In this document: positions 53,920 through 64,000 of the stretch, in pieces
Numbering within the stretch: the stretch's first letter is position 1
How the letters are laid out: every line of letters begins with the position of its first letter
NCBI GenBank assembly: GCA_002104945.1
Contig: MCFH01000015.1
Span: 744,001 to 808,000 of the forward strand
Origin: Piromyces finnis finn
Taxonomy: Eukaryota > Fungi > Neocallimastigomycota
Direction: 5' to 3'
Length of the DNA: 64,000 nt
Made by a program: the position numbers and the translations under genes
Notes under the pieces: generated by a model
The model's input: only the letters and a program-made list of their open reading frames with translations
Told to the model about the DNA's origin: nothing
Database searches by the model: none

Positions 53920-55122
53920 AAATCAAAATTTTATTAATTATAAATTAAAAATTTTATTCAAACATTAAGAGGTTATTCATAATATATGTTAATGATTTAT
54001 GATTTATTAATATATATTACAATGAATGATCTATATATTATGAATGGAATTAATTTAAAATTTTAACTATTCAAAATCATTTAATTTCAAATGATGGGTA
54101 TTTGGAAAGAGTACGAAGATTTTTAAAAAAATTTAATAAAATTTGAATAAAACAAAAATAAATTAAATGAATAAAAATTAAAAAAAATAAATTTTCATTT
54201 TTATAACTATTCAAGTGTATTGTGATATCTTATTTGAAACGTAGCATAATAATAAATAATGAAATTAATAAATATAAAATTGTTATTATACTTGATTTTT
54301 AAGTTAACCCTGAAAGTAACTTAAAACAAGATATAGTTTAATTACTTGCTTTACCATAATTCCAAAATGAAATTAATTCTTAACACTGCATATATTTTAA
54401 TTATTGAAAGAAAATAATAAACTTTAATTAATAGAGATCAAAATATATAACTTTTGTTAAATTAATTGTTAAATTAAATATTTAATAACTTCTTTAGTAA
54501 ATTACACTTTAAAAGTAAACAAATATCCATGTTATAAAATAATATAATTAAATACTTTTGTTAAAATATTAAAAATAGTTATTACTTTAATTAATTGTAA
54601 AATAAACAACTTTTTATATTCTTTAACTTTTAATTATTTCTTTTATTGTTATTTCTAATTACTTTTATTACTTTTATTGTAAATAGTTATTAATTTTATT
54701 ATTTTAATATAAATAGTTTAAATTTAAAAGAAAATATAAATAAATGTAAATATTCTTATTTTAATTATTATTATTAATAATAAAGAAAATATTATATAGT
54801 TTAGCTAATATTTTTATAATTTTAATAATCATTTTAATAATTTAATAAATAAAATTTTAAATATTTAAATATTAGAAAAACGAATGTTTCTAATAAAACA
54901 ATTTTTGATAATTTTTATAACATTATTTTATAAATAACTTATTCAGTTTTATGTGAAGATATAATATAATAATCACTTTTTGAAATTAGAATTATTATAA
55001 AATCATATCATGTTTTGTCAAGAACTTCTTTAAATACTAAATTAAAATAAAATTAAAATAACACTAAAATGGAGTTTATTATAAAATATAGAGAAAAATA
55101 CTTAAATAATACAGACACTTAG

Positions 55123-55847
55123 TGTAAAGATATAAAGTATATCTTTAAATTATTTAATAATTAATTAATAATTATTGAATAATAATTTTGATATTTTAAT
55201 GAAAAATTGTTTATAAAATTTATTGTATAAATTTTATGGAATAATTAAATAAAGATTAATTTTAAAATATCAAAGTTAGAAATGGAATTTGGATAAATAT
55301 TTAAATTAATGGATAATTAAATTTAAATATTTTAAATATTCAAATTAAATCTTAAAAAGTTTTTATTTAATTAAAATTAGTTTAATAACTTTAGCGTAGT
55401 TTGAAATTAGCATTTTTAATTATAAATATATAATAAATAGTATTGTTAATATTTAATTAATATATAGGTAATACATGGACTGTATTCAATTTGCAGTTTA
55501 CTCAAATTGAATCAAAAGTGTATTTAATTAGTTTTAGTTTAGTTTATTCATTTTATTATTTAATTAAATTAGTATTAAATTAGTTTTGTTTATTTTATAT
55601 TGAATATATGTATAATTAAATAGAATAGTATATTAAAATACAATTTACAAAAAATATAAATACATGTAAAATTTCTTGATTAAAACGATGTTATTGTTAT
55701 TGACTATTATTTAGTTAATAACTAAATAAAATTAATAAAAGAGATATTTTTTAAATATAATTTATTTTCTTGTTTTTTCTTTATTTTGTGTTGTTGTTTT
55801 GTTGTAAAAAATTTTATAATCTGTTTTACATTTATAAAACTTTTACA
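55123..55847 (+). mobile_element. Solo LTR, family C
   Basis: Perfect TSD CTTAG (55118-55122 / 55848-55852). Confidence 0.92.
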
Positions 55848-55854
55848 CTTAGAC

Positions 55855-56193
55855 TGTAAATATATATATTTTTAGATTATTTAATAATTAATTATTACTT
55901 ATTAAATAATAAATTAATATTTAGTAAAATTAATTATAAAATTTTTGAATAAATTTTATGGAATAATTTAATAATAAATTATTTTATAATAATTCCATTA
56001 AATTTAAATTAAGATAAATATTTAAATTTAAGGAATTAAAGAATTTTAATTAAATTTAAATATTTCAAATATTTTAAATAATTAAAATATTTTTTAAATA
56101 CTTTTTTATTTAAATTTAGAATAGCTTAATAATTTTAACTTAGTTTTAAAAATAGATTTGTTTATATTTCAATAGGAAATATATTATGAATAG
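55855..56193 (+). mobile_element. Truncated family C' LTR
   Basis: Matches 46739 to about 47080. Confidence 0.8.
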
Positions 56194-56880
56194 TGTAAAG
56201 ATATTAAATATATCTTTAAATTATTTAATAATTATTAAATAATAATTTCGATATTTTAATGGAAAATCATTTATATAAATTTTATGGAATAATTAAATAT
56301 TTTTAAAATATGAAAGTTAAAAAATGAAATTTGGATAAATATTTAAATTAATGGATAATTAAATTTAAATATTTTAAATATTCAAATTAAATTCTAAAAA
56401 GCTTTTATTTAATTAAAAGTAATTTAATAACTTTAGCGTAGTTTTAATTTAGCATTTTTAATAGTAAATATATAATAAATAGTATTATTACTATTTAATT
56501 AATATATAGGTAATACATGGACTATACTCAATTTGTAGTTTAATCAAATTGAATCAAAAGTGTATTTAATTTGTTTTAGTGTAGTTTTATTAGTTTATTA
56601 TTTATTTAAATTAGTATTAAATTAGTTTTGTTATTTTATATTGAATATGTGTATAATTAAATAGAACAATATATTAAATTATAATATGTAAAAAAATAAA
56701 TACATGTAATAACTTCTATGTAAAAACGATGTAATTGTTATTGACTATAATTTAGTTAATAACTAAATAAGTTTAATAAAAGAATTTAAAAAAAATATTT
56801 TTTTGTTTTTTATTTTATTTTTTTGTGTGATTTGTTTAATTGTAAAATTTTATAATCTGTTTTAATATAAAACTTTTACA
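56194..56880 (+). mobile_element. Family C LTR, no matching TSD
   Basis: TGTAAAG...TTTTACA; flanks AATAG and ATAAT differ. Confidence 0.82.
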
Positions 56881-57341
56881 ATAATTGTTGTAAAATAAAC
56901 TAAAGTTCAGGTTTGTATACAACACTAAACTAACACAATTAAACTAATTATTTTTAATAATAATTTATTTATTTATTTATTTATTTTTAAAACTATACTA
57001 ACTAAACAACCGTTAATTACTTTACCGTGAAGGATATTTTACCAGAGCCCTCACTAGGTAATCAATATTTATTTTTTAAAAACTAACTTAATCTAAACTA
57101 TATAAACTATACTATATGATTTTCCAACTATCGTTTCAATAGTTGAAAAATTTTCTTTATTTATATTTTTTAAATAAATTGAATAAATTCTAATATACAT
57201 GCTTTAATATTATAATTTTACATTGTTTACATTTATGCATTTATTAAAAGAAATTATTTGTATTAAACTATTTAAACTCAATTTATTTAACAAAGAATTT
57301 TCTAAACTTAAAATAAAGTTTTGATTTATTTACTATATGAT

Positions 57342-57925
57342 TGTAATGTTGAACACTGAAAGAATAGATTAGGATATCTATTCTATTACAATAACACAAA
57401 AATTTGAAAAATAAAATAAAAAATTGTTTTATAAAATATCTTTTATTATAATAGAATTTTAATAATAACAATTACATCGATAAAATGATGAAAAATATCT
57501 TCTATTTATATTATATTATAACTATTTATTTCTTATATATTATTATTTAAAATCTACACTAAAATCTTGATTATTAATAAATATTTAAACTATAACTATT
57601 TTTAGTAAAATACAATTGGCAATTCAAATTAAGTACCATTTAATTTGAATATGTGCCCATGTATTATTGATATATTAATCATTTATTATTTATCTATTTC
57701 TATAAAAAAACAACACTAAAACTAGGGATTTAAATTGAGAATATTAATTTACTTGTTAAACATTAAAAATAAATTAATAATTTATTTTGTTTTAAACTTT
57801 AATTATTAATAAATAAATTATGTCTCATTTTCTTTTTCTGAATATAATTTGTGTAACTTAAACAATAATACTTGTGGCTTAAGCCACATTAAAGATATCA
57901 AACAGAGGCGTTTGATATCTTTACA
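57342..57925 (-). mobile_element. Solo LTR, family B
   Basis: Perfect TSD ATGAT (57337-57341 / 57926-57930). Confidence 0.92.
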
Positions 57926-58271
57926 ATGATTGATTATATTTCAAACATATATTTAATTTATTTATTTTTAATTTTGAGGCTTAGTTTATAAAAAAAAATT
58001 TTTATTATCTAAAATATTTATTGGTTTAAAAATTATTTAATTTAAAATTTTATTTTATCATCAAAAACTTTATCTTATCATAAAATTATATTTTACATAA
58101 ATTTATGTCAATGTATTGTGATATAAATTTTGTAAAAATTTACGGTACATTAATTTAATACATTATACATTATTTTAAATACGTATTAAATACATTATTC
58201 TATTAATACAATATTTTACAATTGTAACGAATTTATAAATGATAAACAATTAAATTTATAAATTATGAATT

Positions 58272-58323
<52 letters not shown>

Positions 58324-59810
58324 AAACACAGATAGTTAAAAATTAAAATAATTAACTTGTATAAAATTATTAAATTAAAAATTATAAATGTAAACTTTTC
58401 GTTTATTTAATTGTTTAATTCTATTTAAATTAAATAGTTTATATTTGTTTATAATTATACTTTAAAATAATAATTTTGTATAAATAGTGATAGAATTACT
58501 TTATTTTTAAAATTGTTCCTAATAATCCAGTAAAATTAGATAATAATATTAAATTTTATTAAAATAATAGTTGTGATTATATTTACATACATTCAAGATG
58601 TATTAAACAATAACATATATATATTTAATAATAAAAGAGTTATTAAATATTAAAACTTTATAATTAAATAAAATAATTTTATATTATAAACTAACAAAGA
58701 CTTGTAAATGAATAAGTATAAAAATCATTTATTCTATTTTTATTTTCTTATTTATTTTTATTTATTAAATTTTAGATACAAATATTATCACTTTCTATAT
58801 TCATTTATAGAATTAAGATAATATTTTCTTCGTATCATATGTAAGAATTTAATATATAATTTTAATTATATATGTACATTCTTAACTACAATGTAATAAT
58901 ACACTGTAAGTAATATAATAATATAACTATATTCTCAAAATAATTAATACGTATCTTTAATGTTTTGTTTTATTCTTATTTTAAATTATTGAATAATTTT
59001 TAAAAAAAATTTTATAAAAACTTCTCTTAATAAGTTTTGAGTTTATTTTTTCATACCAAGAAAAAATAATAACTCTTGAATTTTTTAATTAAATTTAGGA
59101 GTTGTTTTATTTATAAGAATTTTAAAATTTTGGGTTAAATTAAAGAATTTTCTAGTCTAACAAATAAATCTTCTAGGGAAAGACTAGATAAGAAAACCCT
59201 AGAAGGATTTCGATTAATAATCTATTCTTATTAATCACCGAATAATTAAATCAAAACATATTTGTGATAGGAAAAATATTTTATATCCGGTTCCTATCAA
59301 TTTTACTTTAATTTTAATTTAGATAATAAAATAAACTAAGCAATTAAATAAAATGTTTAAATTAAACTAAAACTACAATTTAATTTACATTACAAATATT
59401 ACATAATAAGTATTGTTACATTTATAAAATAGTAATAAAATAAAACATGAAAAATGTATACATTATACATTTTAATAAGAAATATAGAATTACTTAAGTT
59501 TAATTCTAATTTCTTACATCATAAAATATGTAAGAAATATTTGTGGCCATAAGTTTGCCCACAAATATTTCAATTGAAACCATATATTATGGTCACCATT
59601 TATTGGCCAGATATATACATAACCATATATTAATGGTTATTAATTAAATAGGAAGTTTATTTGCTTTACCCAATCAAGTGGTAAAGAAAATAAACTAATA
59701 TAGTTAAATAGCATAGCTAAAACTAACGTTAAATAATTTAGCATTAGTATTAAAGTAAATTAATACCTATAGTAATAAATAATGTATATAATTATAATTA
59801 ATAAATAAAA

Positions 59811-60600
59811 GATATGTGTAACATTTTTACATATAGATTCATACTGTCATTCCTTTCCAATAGAAGGATTTCTTTAGTCTCATAAGTTTTACCAAAGCCT
59901 CCGTGACCAATTGCATGTGCTTTTCAAATTAAATTATTAAATTTTTCTTTGTTTGTACTTAAATTTCATCTTTAATGTATCTTTCACTATCTAAGGTTAT
60001 TATATGGTCTTCAAAGAATTCTTTCATAAATTCAGCTATATCTCCTTCTGTATCATTCTCATTGTTATTACTATTATTATCAGAATATATTCTATAATTG
60101 ATTAAATTATATTCATTGTTCTTATTTCCTAATATGTTATCTATATATTGTAATATATTGTTCAAAGTTTGGTTCAATTGATTTTTATTGACATAAGTTT
60201 TCAATTTTATATTTTTCACTCCTATTTGATTTTCTCTATTATATTGTAATATATGAGATTCTATATTGGATAATATATTAGAATAGTATTTGTTTATATC
60301 GTTTTTTGAATTGAATCAATTTAATTAAAAATTTCTTCGATTTATTTTGATTTATTTTTTAATATATGAGGATTTATATGATTACATATATTATGATTGC
60401 ATTCTGATATGTGGGATTTATTCTGAATTGAGAGATTTTTTAAATTCCTTGAAAATTTCAAATTATCATATACCACCATTTTCCCCTCAATTTTTTAATT
60501 GATGAAATTTTTGAACTATTCAAAAGTATTTGATTTTTTTGACTTTATAAATTATTTTGGTCTATTTGTGGCGTTTTGAAAAATTTTGTGTTTTCCTTTG
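59811..60600 (-). repeat. Inverted copy of 53170-53919 (gypsy RNase H-integrase linker)
   Basis: Identical 86-aa ORF at 53509-53769 (+) and 59959-60219 (-). Confidence 0.9.
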
Positions 60601-61174
60601 ATGTATTTTCTTCTTTACTAACTAAATTATTTTCTTATCTGTATTCTTTAACTTAATTATTTATTTATTCTTATTTCTAATTACTTTTATTACTTTTTTT
60701 GTAAATAGCTATTAATTTTATTATTTTATTATTTTAATGAATTAAAACTGTAAATCAACGAAATTATTCCGAAAACTTTAATATCAGTTAAAAGCAAGCA
60801 TTTTGTTGAGCTCTATATTGATAGAATTCCAGGAATTACTGAAAAGTCTGTTTATCTGAACAGATACCAATTATTTAAAAATTATACACACCCATTATTC
60901 TTTTTTAATAGTGATATTTTCCAAAGTACCATTTTGGAATACATCTTTCTAAAAAAGAGGTAAAAAAAAAAAGATATTCCATTTTATAACACTTATTTCA
61001 TAATTAAGGAATACTTTGGTGAATATTATGTCAAATTAAGATATTTACAAGAAAGTCCCTTCACATATTTTCGAGATTTATTTGATCCTGTTCGAACTTT
61101 ATACAAATCTTATATAGTTTAAATTTGAAAGAAAATATAAATACTTGTATATACTCTTATTTTAATCATTATTA

Positions 61175-61668
61175 TTAATAACAATTACATCGATCAAGTG
61201 ATGAAAAATATCTTCTATTTATATTTTTCCTAATTACATTTATATTATTATGACTATTTATTCATTATATATTATTATTTAAAACCTATGCTAAAATCTT
61301 AATTATTAATAAAATATTTAAACTATATCTATTTTAGTAAAACAAAATAGACAATTCAAATCAAGTACTACTCAATTTGAATATGTGCCCATGTATTATT
61401 TATATATTAATTATTTATTATTTATATACTATTTATCTATTCCTATCAAAAAACAATACTAAAACTAAGAAATTAAATTGAGAAATTTAATTTACATGTA
61501 AAACATTAAAAATAAATTAGTAATTTATTTTGTTTAAACTTTAATTATTAATAAATAAATTATATCTCATTTTCTTTTTCTGTAATATAATTTGTGTAAC
61601 TTAAACAATAATATTTGTGGCTTAAGTTACATTAAAGATATCAAGCTGAGGCGTTTGATATCTTTATA
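61175..61668 (-). mobile_element. Partial family B LTR
   Basis: Matches 9780-10253; terminal CA mutated to TA. Confidence 0.8.
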
Positions 61669-62409
61669 AATATTATTTTTATAATTTTTATTATTAATTA
61701 ATTTTATTTAATTAGTAATTATTAATAATTATTAGAATTAAAAAATTAAAATAATTTTAAAGCCTCAATTGAAACTTTAGTATAAATAATTAAAGAAAAA
61801 AATAGTTAATCCTCATTGAGAATTATTTTCAAAATATTATAATCTCATTACTTTGACTAAAAAGTCCACTTTTAAATATTAATAAAAAATCAAATTATTA
61901 ATAAAAGAATCAAATAAATTTTTGATAAATTTTTATTATTGTTTTTTCTAAAAATTTTTACCAAACTCTAATATTAGAAATAATTCAACCTATTCGCCAA
62001 ACTCCTGATACATTTATCATGGTATCATACATAAATGAAATAATTTAAATTATTGTAAATTAGGTTAACGACAAGCTTTATTAAAAATTATATATTCTTA
62101 AAAATTTATTATAAACTTTTTGACTTTGTATGAATCTTGTTTGGATTTGCATACTTGTATTCACACAAAGTATTAGTGTTGGTATTAATGTAACTTATCG
62201 TAGTTGAATCTAATTGCTCTAGTTTATTCTTAATTATATATATGTCTATTAACACTAAACACTAAATTTTTAATATTTTATTTTCACTACCAGCGTTGTT
62301 TAATATTATAATGCTTATTTAATAATTAATTTTTAAAATAATATAACAAATATGTTATTATTAATTAATGATGATGAATTATTAATTGAATAGTTTTTAT
62401 AATATTAAT

Positions 62410-63097
62410 TTAGCGCTCATCATGCCAGCTTTTGCACTTAGAAACGTGACTTTGGATTAACCTACGCTGATGCACGTGATGTCACAAAAGAAGAATTATA
62501 CACGTGTTTACAACTATTAGTTATCGCCGACGCACATGTAGATAAATTAATGGTAGCTGATGGGGAATTTCCCACGGCTTTATCATTGGTTACTGTAGCA
62601 GAAACCCCTTCAATACTCTGTGTCGGTAAGATTTTACGACCTTGTAAATAAGTACATAAATTATTGAACTTTAAATGACAAACACTATACCAAATAGTTT
62701 TTGAGGCTGCACCAGCACCCATCCAAGAAAAACCAAATCTGTTTATATATTTGTTTTTAGTAGGGTTTGTTTTAAACAATTTGCGTAAAAATCGTTGTTC
62801 GCGTGGTGTTCTACGTACTATCATACGTGTTGTAGTATGGGTTGTACCGGCAGCGTTTCCTTTAACTGATTCGAATTGTCTATTGCCAATCCTACGATTT
62901 CTTCGTACAATCCTATCTCTTGCTCTACGTCCTAAATTTTGGGCCAATTGTCTTGCTTTATTACGCACCATCCTATTTCTCATTGCTCTTCGTAATACGT
63001 TACGTGCTACTACCGGTACTTTCCATAACGCTTGTCTTCCTATTTGTTGAATAGGATAATTTCTCGCTCTTCGTACAACTTGTTGTCGTTATGGCAT
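62410..63097 (-). pseudogene. cap: Probable endogenous CRESS-DNA (circular ssDNA) virus capsid gene, truncated
   Basis: ATG at 63097, TAA at codon 3, then in-frame RQQVVRRARNYPIQQIGRQALWKVPVVARNVLRRAMRNRMVRNKARQ...RRTPREQRFLRKLF...RFGFSWMGAGAASKTIWYSVCHLKF. The long Arg-rich N-terminal arm and an abrupt GC-rich island are typical of CRESS capsids. Confidence 0.72.
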
Positions 63098-63699
63098 TTT
63101 GATTGGTCAATCAAGTACATTCGTACATTATACGGACATTTATAGTAATTCCGCAAATTAAAGTTTAATTTAAAAAATTAATATAAATAGAGACTGGCAG
63201 GCAGGCATGGAGCGCTATATATTATTAATATATTACATGTAATACTTTATTGCTATTCTTATCAATTTAATAATCTTAACAAAGGATATATAATAGAATG
63301 AATTGAATTCGATTTTAATTCGTTGTAAAGATTATAGTTATTATCTTAATTATATAGTTAATAAATATATTATATCATTTATATTACTATTAAATAAATA
63401 AAAATTTATAAAAAAGTTGTTTTAAAACAAATATTGATTTTTCTTATTTGGAAGTTTTAAGTATTATATTATTTATTAAATTAAATTTCTTAAAAAAGAT
63501 TTTACTATAAAATTAATAACATTCTGACCTGGCCACATAACCAAACCCTAAAACTTAATAAATTAAGTTAGTTATTACTTCTCTATACGAGTTAATAACT
63601 AAATATAGTTTTATAAAAAATAAATAAAAAACTAAAATAAATATTAAACACTAAAATATTTATTAATAATAAATATTAGTAGTAAATAATTTCGTTTTA

Positions 63700-64000
63700 G
63701 TAGTGTGAACGTATTCAAGAATTATCTTTTTGTTTTTTATATTATCTTTGTTAAAATGATTTTATTTCAATATGTTTTAATTTTGAATTTAAGTAACCAT
63801 TTTCAATTGCTGTTTTGCTTGACAAATTATCAGTGAAAATAGTAATTGGTTTGTTGAAATTGAAAATTTCTTTGAGAATATTTCTGACCCATAGAACTTT
63901 CTTTGTGCGTTCAGCAGTACTTACATATTCAGCTTCTGCAGTTGAAGTGGCAACCGTTGTTTGTTTTTTAGATTGCCATAATATGGAACCTTTTCCCATT
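63700..64000 (-). pseudogene. pol: Ty1/copia RNase H end
   Basis: WQSKKQTTVATSTAEAEY...TDN...KLKHIEIK. Confidence 0.9.

Overview
Extremely AT-rich eukaryotic DNA. Base composition, LTR-retrotransposon load, gene style and an apparently bacteria-derived pseudogene suggest an anaerobic gut fungus (Neocallimastigomycota); this is inference. The window is mostly a nest of LTR retrotransposons. One Ty3/gypsy chromovirus is intact and young (1500-7440, 5-bp TSD CAGAC). It sits, together with two solo LTRs, inside an older chromovirus. Many further solo LTRs with 5-bp TSDs, decayed gypsy elements and copia fragments follow. Embedded non-TE content: (i) three tandem copies of an LRR-only gene (15.7-29 kb) whose 69-bp repeat cassettes are shuffled in number and order between near-identical copies; (ii) a secreted, probably GPI-anchored Cys-rich protein plus a paralog fragment; (iii) a decayed bacterial-type ABC transporter; (iv) a probable endogenous CRESS-DNA virus capsid gene at 62.4-63.1 kb. 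The chromovirus LTRs show Tf1-type self-priming (an 11-12 nt R/PBS complement that co-varies between families), a conserved U3-terminal hairpin, and a 23-nt motif next to the PPT shared across families. No rRNA, tRNA or CRISPR array was recognised.
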